A DNA stretch of 64,000 bases from Eledone cirrhosa (Eukaryota). The translations under genes and the position numbers were made by a program. Each line of letters opens with the position of its first letter. Within the stretch, counting starts at the first letter, position 1. This document shows, piece after piece, positions 26,158-38,928 of the stretch. The stretch covers positions 183,272,001-183,336,000 of the forward strand of contig OZ024740.1 in assembly GCA_964016885.1 (NCBI GenBank), in the 5' to 3' direction. The notes below the pieces were generated by a model. That model did not search any database. It was not told the DNA's origin and worked only from the letters and a program-made list of their open reading frames with translations.

Positions 26158-27018
26158 TATTTTAAATAAACATGTTTTAACGGTTTGTTCTCTTATATTT
26201 ATTTCTCCACTTGCTTACGTTCTGCTAATTCTCTCGCCCACTAGATATTAACACTTCTAATATTTAACACTGCCGGCACTAGTATTGAGCACCCTTTGCA
26301 TTGGCTATTTGCAAATAACTACATGTATCACCCATCCCTCCTTCTCTCTCTCGATACGTAAATATTCTATGTATACATATATATGTATATATATACACAC
26401 ATGTATATATATGCTTTTGTGTGCCAAATTTTGGAATGTGTCTGTTATAGTATGCATGATGCAAGGGAAGGTGTTATTTATTAGAGCTGGATATGAAACC
26501 AGTGAAAAGATTGTGAATGGATTATAGTATTTAATGGCAGCCAATTTATTCACTTGCTATATGACAACATTTTATTAGAAATAAGTGCAATGATCAATGA
26601 AAAGTGAAAGTGAAACAGAAGAGGATTTGAAGGTACTGGAGGGAATTATGTTAAGAAATAGGATTTGCTATAACTCTTCTTGTTATTGTTGTCATTGTTA
26701 TTGTTGCTGCTCATCTTTGCTATGTGGGCGTTTTCCCAATAGAAGCTTTCGTCTCAGATCTTTACATCTATGAATTAGCTGTCAATTATATGGTGTCTCT
26801 GTAGAACCAATGGAGCTGAACTTTACTTCAACATCTCATGATCAGCTTTATATATTTCATACAAAGAGGCAAGCATGGTTGTGTGATTAAGAATTTCATT
26901 TTGTAAATTTGTGGTCTTGCATTCTACCTGACTGTGGTACCTTAGTAACTGATATCTTAAACTGTCTAATGCCACGTGAATGTATTTGATTGGGGATTTA
27001 TGTGAAGCTCACATGTCA

Positions 27019-27447
27019 GTGAGACCTGGGCATTGTGTGCAGAGGATATACACAGACTGGAGAGGAACAAAGCTTGCATGCTCCGCTGGATGTGTAATAG
27101 TAATATACGTGAACGGCAAAGCATAAACGAATTAAGGGAGAAATTAGGAATAAGAGGGACCAGATGCTGTTTACTCGGGAGAAGACTACGTTGGTACGGT
27201 CAAGTGATGTGCATGAAAAACGACAGCTGTATAAAAAAGTGCAGGGCGATAAAAATAGACGGTAGACACGGAGTAGGCAGACCCAGAAAAACCTGGGACG
27301 ACTTGCTAAATTCCGACCTCACACACTTACACCTCTCCAAGACAATGTCACTGGACCAAGATCTTTGGCGATACACAGTAATACAGAAGACCCGCCTTGC
27401 CTAAGTACAAAGCGAAACCTACAGTCAGTAGGCACATCTAACAAAAT
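27019..27447 (+). mobile_element. RTE LINE fragment (family A)
   Basis: ORF 27033-27404 is close to the C-terminus of 3145-3990; most of the 3' UTR is missing. Confidence 0.85.
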
Positions 27448-28860
27448 GTTAGAATTGTCATTAGTGACCACGTCTGGTGGTAAAATTCTGTCTCAAAACA
27501 TCTTGCCTAACCAGTGCTAGCATGGAACACAGGACATAAAACTAATGATTATGAGTGTGATGGTAAGCCACTTTTGATGGAACATTAGCAAGGTTTTCTG
27601 AGTTAGACACAAGCCGAACAGTTTTGTGGAGAGGGGAAAGACAATTAAATTAACCCCAGTGCATTATTGCTGTTTTATTTTATCAATAAGCCAACCTTCG
27701 TGGGATTTGAACTCACAATTTAAAGGGCCGTAGATCTATGCCATAAAGCATGTTGTTCAATAGTAATCATAAGAATAACAACAACAACAATGACAAAGTT
27801 TACAAGAGGATGCAAAGACCTAGCTATAATATAATCCAAAATTATGATATATTTTTATGTTTAGTTTGGGAAGGAAAATCAGTGCCAAGGGTTCTCTTTA
27901 GGGCCACAGGGTGACTAGGGGAAAGTAGGAGATCTGTCTTGAATTCTTGAAACAGGTGTGAAATATACACATTTATATATATGTATTGCCTCATAGCTAA
28001 CAACAACCATGATTTCAATGTTGTTCATAATGAAGATGGTGATATTTTATATCTACATATTCTCTTCTAAGCATCCTACCAAAACAAATATTTGATAACC
28101 AAAGCAAAGCTAATTCAATGCAGTCGAATATTTGGGGGAAAAAAGTAGAGAATTGATTTTATTATTCATTTTATATTGGAACCTTTCTCAAAATCTTCAT
28201 ATAAAATGAAGGATAAAAACTGGAAAAAATCAGAGCAAATATTTAAAGAAAGAGTCTTAATATTAAACTAATAACAGAAAATATATAAGTCAAAGTGATT
28301 GCTTAAACACAACTTCTAAAAGTGAGGAAATATTATCTAAGAGAATTTACTCAGGGGATATACAAGTCTGAATACAGACATTATCCGACAAATGTGAAAA
28401 TAATAGCTAACATAATCAATATACACTTCTGATAAAAGCCTATTTGGTAACAAGCTAAGTTCTCTAGGGGATATGGAATAAAATATCAGTTTTGTTGCTC
28501 AATCCTTTGAATTAATACTCCAGTGTAAACATTATATCTCATGAGAAAGTCTCAAAAGAAAAAAAATATTAATCCAAGGTTACATATTCTATCATGTATA
28601 TAACTTCACACAGAAACTCTACACTGTTTGCATGAACAGAAAAACATTAACACATCAAAGTATGTTTATACATACAACACACATACATACATAATCAATA
28701 TCATCATCATAATTTTTACATCAGTTTTTCCATGCTTGCATGGGTTGGACAGGTTTTTCTCAGTGCAGCATCACTCCACTCATTGCATTCCTTCATTGAT
28801 TTGAGGTTAGCTCTCACCATCTCTGCTCACAACATACTTGCATACATAGAAAAATAAACA

Positions 28861-28892
<32 letters not shown>

Positions 28893-28894
28893 TT

Positions 28895-29228
28895 GTGATG
28901 GCATATGGTTTTGTGGTTAGAGCATTGGGCATGCAATCAGGAGGTTGTGAGTTCAATTCTCAGACAGGGTGATGCGTTGTGTTCTTGAGCAAGACACTTT
29001 ATTTTCATGTTGCTCCAGTTTACTCAGCTGTATAAATGAATTGCGATGTCACTAGTACCAAGCTGTATTAACCTTAGCCATTCTTTTGGAAACATCGGTG
29101 GAGTGGAGAGGGGAGAGTGGTATGCATGGGGGAATGCTGGTCTTCCACAAACAATCTTGCCTGAACTTGCACCTCGGAGAAGTGCTATCTAGGTGCAAAT
29201 TCCATTGTCATTCGTGACCAAAGGGAGT

Positions 29229-29232
<4 letters not shown>
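28895..29232 (+). mobile_element. CORE-type tRNA SINE, long-tail variant
   Basis: GTGGTTAGAGC and GAGTTCAATTCTC boxes; GTTCTTGAGCAAGACACTT...TTGCTCCAGTTTACTCAGCTG core; between TA/TG tracts. Confidence 0.75.
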
Positions 29233-29312
<80 letters not shown>

Positions 29313-29807
29313 TCGATACATACATACATATATTTGTTTTGGCCCTTTCTGTTTACTTGGATGGTAGATTGCATCCATCATCTGGTGTAACACCACCACC
29401 ACCTGACCCTTGGGTGCCTCTAGTGGAGTTGTAATTACATCTTACATCATACCAGTTTCAGAGATCCTAAAAATGGTTTCAAGCACTTCTTTTTCTACCT
29501 TGACTAAAAAATATAAACACGCACACACATGAATACACGTTTAAAATTGTCTAACTGACCACTTTATAGAGTGTATTTGGTGCATTTTATCGTGGCACCA
29601 GCACTAGGGAGGTTATTTTGTTGTTGACCTATCAAACTATAAACAAGATTTGCCAAGATTTGACCAATTAAAAATAGCAGCCAAATCTCTCAGAAAGCAC
29701 ATCACACTATCTCTTAAATTAGGAAGGACACAGATGATATAGTCTTTTATAAATTCAAGTAAATGGGATAGCCAAGAGTTCATTTCATTCTAGCCCTCAT
29801 GGTTATG

Positions 29808-30090
29808 GCGGAGGCACATGACCTACAGGTAAAGGTGTTGGCCTTACAATCATAATGTTGTGAGTTTGATTCTTGGATTGGGTTATGTGCTGTGTTCTTG
29901 CACTTCATTTCACGTTGCTCCAGTATACTCAGCTGAAAATGAATACCAACAATGGCTGGGGGTTTAAGTATGCAATGGACTGGTGTCCCATCCAGCAGGG
30001 AGTTGTGCACTCTCAGTTGCTTCATGTCACAGAAACTGGGATAAACACTTGCATGATAAGCCTCCTGGTTCAAGACTGACTTTAGACTTT
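29808..30090 (+). mobile_element. CORE-type tRNA SINE
   Basis: Same layout as 7131-7410, including GGACTGGTGTCCCATCCAG. Confidence 0.7.
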
Positions 30091-30344
30091 ATATATGATG
30101 GTCATGATTATGCTGGTGTATTATTCACATATATACACACAAAGGCAACTTTTCATACATATACCAAAGCATGCTATTTTAAAACTCAAAACAACATATA
30201 TAATTAAAGTAGGGTACATATATTTTATATGTACCCTCTTTTCAGCTGTGTCTCATTAAATGAAAGATTTACATTAATAGTGGATTTGTTATTTTGGGTC
30301 ATTTATATATCTTGTCATTTATGCAGGAAATGCTACTATACCTT

Positions 30345-31310
30345 CATCATCATCATCATTTCACATCCATTTTTCCATGCTTGCATGGGTTGGACTGTTC
30401 TTCTCCACCACAACCACCCTCCTTGTGTTACATTCCTTCACTATTTTCTCTGTAAGATTCAGCAATTTAATCTAGCTACTTCTGTGCAGTTTTTTCTTAG
30501 GTTTCCTCTTCCAATTAGATCAGTTGAAGCATAGCAGTTCTTCGTGATATGTTCATTATCCATCTACATTATTTGTCCATGTCAGTGCCATCTTCTTTCC
30601 CGCATACAACACTTGATTTGTGCTATAATAGATTTTCGTTCAGCACTTCCATTCTCCATCTTTCATGCACACTAACATTACACATCCATTGGAGCATGTT
30701 TGATTAATTTCTGTCCAGACCTTGCATTTCCTCTCTATTTTTCATTTCTGCCCATGCCTCCTTACAATGCAGTATTGTGCTTTGCATGAATGTGTCACAA
30801 ACCTGCTTTTTGCTCAGAGAGAAAATCTCTTTATTGTCAACAGTTTTCCAAATCTTTTCCTTATCTAGCTACTGTGCTTTCTGAGCAGCTGCTACCAATG
30901 CTAATTACATCACCTAGGTAATAGAAGCTATTAACTACCTCTACGGAACACTCCCCAAATTGGAAGACGTTTATTTCATAGGGGATCTCATTATCAACTA
31001 ATCCTGTTCACAAGTCACATACAAAGTTTATGTTTTCTGTTAGCCAAACTGCTACACCTCTGCACCATTTGTGTACCCATATTCAACATTGTGTACAGCA
31101 TATAGATATTATACTTGCTCCTTTTCTACATATCAACTGCGGACACTTTCCTGATGGTATTATAAACATGACTTCTTTCCTGCTTAAAAGACATAGGTCT
31201 TTGCTAAGTTTATTCTAAACACTTTTGATTCTGAATTATGTTACTGGCTGCTTTCAGAACACCCACCTTCACTGCTAAATTTGTCACCTAGGTAACAGAA
31301 GCTCACATGC
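30345..31310 (-). mobile_element. Old degenerate RTE LINE, with the PHD insertion
   Basis: (CAT)n tail and CCATGCTTGCATGG end; minus-strand remnants of WVHK.C, SFYYLGD and FCYLGDKFSSEGGCSES. Confidence 0.7.
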
Positions 31311-32929
31311 ACCACCACCTGACATACACACTTATATATGTATAGGATGTTTGTATTCTGGCAACTTTCTGAAGACACTGACCATTTCAAATGATGGAAA
31401 TTGTGAGTACTATAACATTTTCCCATGTTAAGCTGTTGCATGGGTTCCTAGCTGGGACTGCTGCCTTGTAACCATTTAATGTATGTGCTGGCTCTGGAAT
31501 GATCCATTGCGCATTTTGTAAGAAAAACCCTTATTATTATAGATATTACATACATATACACACACATACCTGCACACACTCACACTCATATATCTGTACA
31601 CATATATCATCATCATCATTTTTCTCTTTAGATCTGCTTTCCACAATTATTTGGATAGGTTGTCAGTCTCAAACTACACAAGACAGAGCATCCTCATCTC
31701 ACTCATATGTGTCATTGTTTCTATGGCTGGATGTGTCTCCTACCTCAACCTCCTTACAGAGTGTACTGAGTGCAATTCTTCATTGTACCAATACTATTCC
31801 CTTACATAATGCGCCAGCACTACCATTTTACAGGGTGAACTCTATGTGGTTTTTCCGGGCATCAGAACTAGAAAGGTTGTAACATGATTGTCTAGACTGA
31901 AGAGTCCTCTTAGACCAATATTCAATAGTCAAACACATTTAGTTTTAGAGTCACAGTGCTTGCACGAGTGAATGGTCCTTTGAATTATCATATATCACCA
32001 GTCTGCTCAGTTGTATATCATCTCATGTTTTCATTGGTCTCCTGCTACCACAGATTCCACCCACTTTAAGTACTTGGTACTCTTTTTTACAGTTCTCCTC
32101 TCCCCTTCTACATCACATACCCGTATCAACTCAATAATTTCTCTTGCATGCTACATTTTGTCTTATAGTCAACCTTTTCTGCTTAAAAAACCTCAGCCTT
32201 TGTTAGGTTCACTTCTGAGACCCTTTGATTTTAGATTTTGCTTCTGTGTTTAGAACTGCTCTTCATCTATCATTTTGTCTATGAGATTTGGATTTTAAAA
32301 AATGAACTGAAGTAACCTTGTCAAGAAGAACATTAATTAAGAGCACTAATATCCTGCTGGATGAAGAAACAGATATAAGAAAATTAGATAAAATGTATGA
32401 TTCAATGAACTGAGTGGAGTACATAACATACACACTAATGAAAGAAAATATGTGAAAGTAATATTGTAGATTGTTAAGATTAATATTATTAACAAAGCAT
32501 CAATACTTTTTCAGACCCTGTAATAAACTAGATATACTATTCTCTACTGTGTTCTAAACAAATTAACAAGAAGGCTGTATTTAGAATACACAAACAAAAA
32601 ATCCGACTTTAAAAGATTATGAATACAGAGAGGTAAGGGTCTTATACAATTAGAAAACGGTTATCACATACCTATTATAGGACTACAAACAATATATAGA
32701 AAATAATAATAAAAAACTAATTCAAATAGCTCAGAACACAAACAAAATGAAATAAAAAAAACATTTTTTTGTCTTCTAGGAAGCCAATAAATATGAGACA
32801 AAGGTTCAAATGCTAGACAATTGTGAAAAGAAAGAATAATGATCAAAGGTGAGCTTGACCATCAGAAAACACAAAAAGCATGTAATAAAGTGAAATGCAT
32901 TAGGTTAAACTGAGAAGGGGTACTTTCAG

Positions 32930-33550
32930 AAGAAATAGTTAACGCCCAGTGAGTCTTGTTGCCCAGTCTTAGCCAAGTATAAATAAACTACAGGAATGAC
33001 AAAATCGGGTCTTTCATACACTGGAAGTTATGATAGCATAATAAAGAATAGGGGATATAAACATGCACCAAAAAGTCACAGAGAATAATGAAATCAATCA
33101 TATTATAGTATATGCAAATACATACAGGTGCATATCAACCCTAAGATATTGTTGTCAAAGTTTATCATGAAAGTAATTAAAGTATCACTCTCAAACAGAT
33201 GGCAATGTATTTCTAAAAGAAATGTAGGAATTAATCAGATATAAAGATCTTGAAATAGAGATAATCCAAGTGTAGAAACTGAAAACAGAAACAAACTTTA
33301 TAATAATAGGTGCCTTGGGAAGATAAAAAAAAAGCATGCAGAGAAATACATAACCAAAGCCACACAATTTAGACATGCAAGACACAGAAAAATAGCACTA
33401 TAATACACTACACATATCTATAGTTTTTACAATATGAAACAAAAATGAAATGAAATACTGCACATACCCAAGGCACACAGTGATGCACTTGGTAGAGAAG
33501 TGAAAGCATGCAATAACAATAAGACTAATGAAAAATATAATAATAATAAA
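32930..33550 (+). mobile_element. Degenerate R4/Dong-type 3' fragment (RLE domain)
   Basis: YKDLEIEI..IIIGALG..QKIAL remnants; ends in (TAA)n. Confidence 0.6.
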
Positions 33551-34231
33551 GTTAAACGATTTATTTTTTCTTTATAAACTTACGTAAGAAGTATAAATTA
33601 GATTCAATGTAGCAACTATGTAATTCAAAGACTTTCATTATCGTAAACGAGTCTTCTGTCCTAATTTCCTTGTACTCTGTCTGAGATCAATATCATGACA
33701 ATAACTTAGCAGAGATGATTCTCTCTCCAATTTTCTTTCTTATTATTTGATTCTTTCTTTTCATCTCTCAATTTCTTTCTCTATCTGTCTTTTCTTCTTT
33801 GACACACATGCTCTCTCTCTTTCTCTCTCTCACTCTTCCTTTTCCCCCTCTCTGTCTATCATCTATATTTCTATTTTTTCTCTCTATATATATATATGTG
33901 TGTCTGTGTATATATATATATATATATAAACATTAAAATATGTGTTTTTAAATACAGAGAAGCAACGGCTATTACCTGTATAAAGGACCTAGTATTTGGT
34001 AGAGTCAAATATCTATTATAACTATTATCAGTAAATGTGAAGTTATTTTCTTCAATCGATTCTATCATATATGTATGTGTATGTATAAAATATTTTTATT
34101 TAAAATTCAAGCTTTTTCACAGAATGTAAGCCAGTTTATGATTAACAATGATCCCTCAGTGGATCCCTCTCATGCTCAACTATTCCCTTAGCTCATTGAT
34201 ATCCATGTACATAATTATACATCCACTTGAT

Positions 34232-34712
34232 CAAAGGTTCTCAACGGGGGGCATATGGCGTTTCGGAGCTCCAGGGGGTGTTTTGGAGGGGGGCGTTTGG
34301 AGGGGGGTGTTAGGAGGGGGCGTTTGAAGCTTTGGGCTGCTAGAGGGGCGCTGGAAGCCCCTTTAGTATCGTAAGTTTTATAAGTCATATTTGTACGTCT
34401 CTTAGACAGCCAGTGTGAATGCATTTGAATGAAGAAAACGAAGAAAATAAATAAAAGAAGCTTGTCAACGAATTCCCTAGGGAGATAAAAGAAAAACAAA
34501 AGAAATCAAAGAAAATGAACATAAGGACGTCAACTTTGACAACAGTTACAAGAACAACTTCAACAGAAATGACAACAAAAAGAAGCAATGGTGATGAACA
34601 TGCACACACATCCATACGTAGTATATACATACATGCATACATGCATACACACACACACACACACATACACACACAGGCCTGCGTTAGTGTTTGATGAGGT
34701 TGAGAACCTGGT
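34232..34712. mobile_element. Putative hAT-like MITE
   Basis: CAAAGGTTCTCAAC ... GTTGAGAACCTGGT share an 11-bp inverted core; G-rich subterminal repeats; no TSD seen. Confidence 0.45.
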
Positions 34713-35008
34713 CAGCTTACAGCCGGAGCTGTGGTATGTAATCTCCCTAGGTAATATAATCTGGAGACAGAATTTATTTCTTACGACCCCCCCCCCCATA
34801 AATCATGTCAACATGCACTTAAATATAAATGCATGTATATATACAAATGTATAAATGCATAGCTATATACATACAGAAATGTATGTAGTTATATATGAAC
34901 GTATGTATGTAGAATTACATATATATATATATATATATATAGTGGTAGAACATTGCAAGGTAATATCCGTAGAGGTAGAGCACTCAGTCCATGGGACGAG
35001 TTAGGTAG

Positions 35009-35155
35009 AAGTGGGTACACAACAGTTAGTTCACCATACCGAGAACAATTGTTCACCTTAGCGGATCCTCAACTCGTAATGGACATCACGAGATGAGGAT
35101 CCGCTAAGGTAAAACAATTGTTCTCCGTATGGTGAACTAACTGTTGTGTAACCTA

Positions 35156-35158
<3 letters not shown>
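35009..35158. repeat. Long near-perfect palindrome (fold-back), ~70-bp arms with a ~10-nt loop
   Basis: ..TACACAACAGTTAGTTCACCATAC..CCTTAGCGGATCCTCA.CTCGT mirrors ACGAG.TGAGGATCCGCTAAGG..GTATGGTGAACTAACTGTTGTGTA.. Confidence 0.9.
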
Positions 35159-35231
<73 letters not shown>

Positions 35232-35325
35232 TACATACATGCATACACACACATATATATATAAATCTACATACATACATATATACATACATACACTTAC
35301 GTGTGTATATAGCTATGCATTTATA

Positions 35326-35730
35326 CATTTGTTATAACATTTGTTATAACAACTGGCCAATGGGAGGAGAGGATGTCCTTTGACCATGAAATTAGTTTGT
35401 TTAAATTCATATGATTCCAGTTCCTCAAGGAAATAACAACCCAACCAGGAACTGGGCATATCAGAGTATTTGCAAAGTTAAACACCGCAACAACATGTGT
35501 ACTCGTCTCTACCACACTAATTCGGACTGCTTGAAGAGGTCACAGCCAGAGATGGCTGTCACCGAAATATATATAGCAGTAATAAACGAAGCCAAATCTT
35601 AAATATTTTACTTATTTAATTTAGTTTATTTTACATTACTCCGGAGTAACCAAACCAACCTGCGTACTTCGTCGAGTGCTCAAATCTGCATACTCTGTGT
35701 TGGTATACAACCAACATATACCCAATAAAT
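35326..35730 (+). mobile_element. Short non-coding hammerhead-bearing element (solo PLE terminal repeat or retrozyme-like)
   Basis: ~400 bp of complex sequence between TA-rich tracts containing a hammerhead; no credible ORF. Confidence 0.55.
35526..35580 (+). ncRNA. Type-I hammerhead ribozyme (C3U variant)
   Basis: ACTGC-TTGAAGA-GGTCACAGCCA-GAGA-TGGCTGTCACC-GAAA-TATATA-TA-GCAGT: 5-bp helix I, 10/11-bp helix II with a GNRA loop, palindromic helix III. Confidence 0.8.
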
Positions 35731-35793
35731 ATATATATATATATATAAATGAAAAATATAGGAATTATTGTAGCAAAAAGCCAACAGTATTCC

Positions 35794-35852
<59 letters not shown>

Positions 35853-35993
35853 GTTATATAGTAAGGTGCATTCTTGGTTGTGTAAATTGGTCCAATAACT
35901 TTATGTTAGCAATATTAAGTTCTCCACGCTTTTGTATATCTCCAATTCGATTCAAGGGAGCAGCTAGATGATGTAAAACGTGTGTTGAAACCG

Positions 35994-36286
35994 ATATTGT
36001 TATGCTTTGGGAGGGTCATGTTGCCAATAAGAAACCCACGCACCAGTTGCCACTCTAATTTATTATAAATTAAATTTATAAATTTCCGGTTGGTTGGTTG
36101 GTTCTATAGCCGGACGGTTGTTCATATATTGTCAAAGTTCTTTCGTCACACATTATGTGACCTCTTCAGTGACTGGGGATTCATTTCTTTGTTTGTGTGC
36201 CTCTCCTTTGTTATATTTATAATAAATTGGAGTGAAAGCAACAGGTGCGTGTCTTTCTTATTGGCAACATGACCCTCCCAAAGCAT

Positions 36287-36294
<8 letters not shown>
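35994..36294. repeat. Inverted repeat, ~78-bp arms with a ~145-bp spacer
   Basis: ATATTGTTATGCTTTGGGAGGGTCATGTTGCCAATAAGAAA.. at 35994-36070 mirrored at 36215-36294. Confidence 0.85.
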
Positions 36295-36352
<58 letters not shown>

Positions 36353-36410
36353 CATACACACACACACTCACATTTCTTATTCTCTCTGTCTCTCTTTATT
36401 TATATATATA

Positions 36411-38928
36411 TCATCATCATCATCATCACCGTTTTATGTCCGTTCTTTCACGCTAGCATGCGTTAGCTGGGTTGTCCTGTTGTCCTGTTGTGAACAAGCC
36501 TTGCTCATACGGGAACTGATTCTGGCTTGATTTCTACAGCTGGATGCCATTCCTAACACAAACCTCATTTACAGTGAGTGCTGGATGCTTTTTTCCGTGG
36601 CACCTCCACGACCACTTTGCAGTGGGAGGGTGTGGGGGCATATTGTCTATATGCTTCAGCTGCGGCTTGTACTAATGGGGGCTCGGGTCTTCTGTATTAC
36701 TGCGTGGAGCCAGAGGTCACGGCCGTGTGTCATCGCCCTTGAGAGGTGCAATTGGGTAAGGTCGGCTTTTATCACCTCATCCCAGGTCTTCATGGGTCTC
36801 TCCACTCCACGGTTTCCATCGACTTCTAGTGCTCTGCACATTTTTATGCAGCTGTCATCCTTCATACGCATCACATGTCCATACCAACGCAACCGCCTCT
36901 CCTGCACACATCATTTGATTACTCTCATGCTCAGTCTCTCTCTCAATTCATTTATGCTTGCCGTTCGTGTATATTACTATTACACATCTATCGGAGTATG
37001 CAGGCTTCGTTTCTTTCTAATCTACGCAAGTCTTCCACAGACAGCGCCAGGTCTCACTACCATGTAACATTGCTGTTCGTATACACGCATCATACTGTCT
37101 GCCTTTCATTTTGAGGGAAAAGCGTCTTTCAGCTAGCAGGGGCAGTTGCTCCTTCAACTTCTACCATCCCGATCTTACCCTAGTTATTGTACTTTCCGAA
37201 CACCCACCCCCACTGCTAATTCGCTCAGCTAGGTAACAGAAGCTGTCTACTGTTTCTACAGAGCCCTCCCAGAGATTGGTGGTACTTGTTTCCTGTGGCT
37301 GTTTGCTACTTGCTATCCCAGCACAACTGCTACATGTGAAGCCTAAATTCTTATTTAAGCTTCCTGAGATTCCGCTACATCTCTTGTGTACCCATTGTTT
37401 GCATTTGGGGAAGAAAATGGAGTTCCTACCTACACCTTTCCTACATACTGAGCAAGGCCATTTCCCTAAGGGGATCTAGCTTTTGTTTTCTCGTCTACTT
37501 ACAAGGACCTTAGTCTTTGTCAGGTTGACTTTGAGACCCTTTCTTTCTAGTCCCTGCTTCCAAGTTTGGAATTTCTTCTCTAGTTCTACCATAGCTTGAG
37601 CTATAAGTGTGAGGTCATCTGTATACAGGAGTTCCCATGGGCATCCGGTCTTAAACTCCTCCGTTATTGCCTGCAGAACTATGATGAACGAGAGAGGGCT
37701 AAGATCAGAGCCCTGGAGGACACCAACCTGTACGCTAAATTCCTCGCTATACTCATTGCTATCCTAACTTTGCTGACTGTTCCCCTATACATGGCTTGTA
37801 CAGCCATTCGTCTACTCATAGTTTTCTAAGAGCCCACCAGATTACAGCACGTGGGACTCTGTCAAAGGCTTTCTCGAGATCGACGAATGCCAGGTAGAGC
37901 GGCTTACTCTTAGCTAGGTACTTTTCCTGTAAATGCCTCACAAGGAAGAGGGCATCAGTGGTGCCTCTTCCTGGTACACACCCAACATTCATCTCATCTA
38001 GTTTCACCCGGTCCATAATTAACTGTGCTATAACTCTTTCTGTTACTTGCATGACCTGGTCAATCAGTTTTATACGTCTATAGTTTCCTCTCTCTAGTGC
38101 ATCACCTTTACCTTTGTAGCAGTTGACAATGATGCTACTGCACCAATCCTTTTGTATGACACCTTCTAGTATTACCTGGTTAACAATACGTGTGGTTAGG
38201 GTGTGACCTACCGACCCAGATGCCTTCAGCATCTCGCCAGCTATACCTGATGGACCGGTTGCCTTCACCGTCTTCATATCTTTGATTGCCTTACTTACTA
38301 CGCTGCTGCTGACTTGTACTGCTGGCCCCTCTATAGGGTCTACTTGGGGTAGGGTCTCTTCTTCCCATGCATTCTCCTCATTTAGTAATCTATCATGATG
38401 GCTCTTCCACGCATCTTTCTTCTCAGCACTTGTGAGGGCAAGCTCATCTTTATCATTCTGGATACACTTCTCTGTAATGACATCACAATTCTTTCTGACA
38501 CACTGCCTTGCAATCTTGGACACCACCTGTTTCTGGTCCTCACGTTGCAAAACATGCTTGAATTTTCTATCCTCTGTTTCCCTCCTAGCTAAGTATACTT
38601 GTCGCCTAGCTTCCCTCCTGGTCTCTATGTAATGCACCCTGCTTCCCCCGTTCTTCCATTCTTTCCATGCCTGTCTCTTGGCCTTAACTGCCTCACCTAC
38701 ATTATTGTTCCACCACTAAGTCACTCTCCTCCTGCCTGTGGTCTTACTCCAGCCACAGATCTCATCCGTCGCATTTAGTAATTTATTTTTTAGGAACTCC
38801 CAGTGCTCTTCTACATTGAATGTCTGTATCTGTTCTTCTTTACTGTCATAAGCGTTGAGTAAAATATCTTTAAATCTGTTACTGGCTGAGGGGTCTTTGA
38901 ATTTCCAGATCTTTCTTCTGCAGGTTCG
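36411..38928 (-). mobile_element. 5'-truncated RTE LINE (family B) with RT and PHD insertion
   Basis: KGKGDALERGNYR, VDLEKAFD, GCPWELLYTDDL, KWPCSVC, RRLRWYGHV; 3' UTR and a tail seen as (TCA)n on the plus strand; several frameshifts and stops. Confidence 0.92.
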
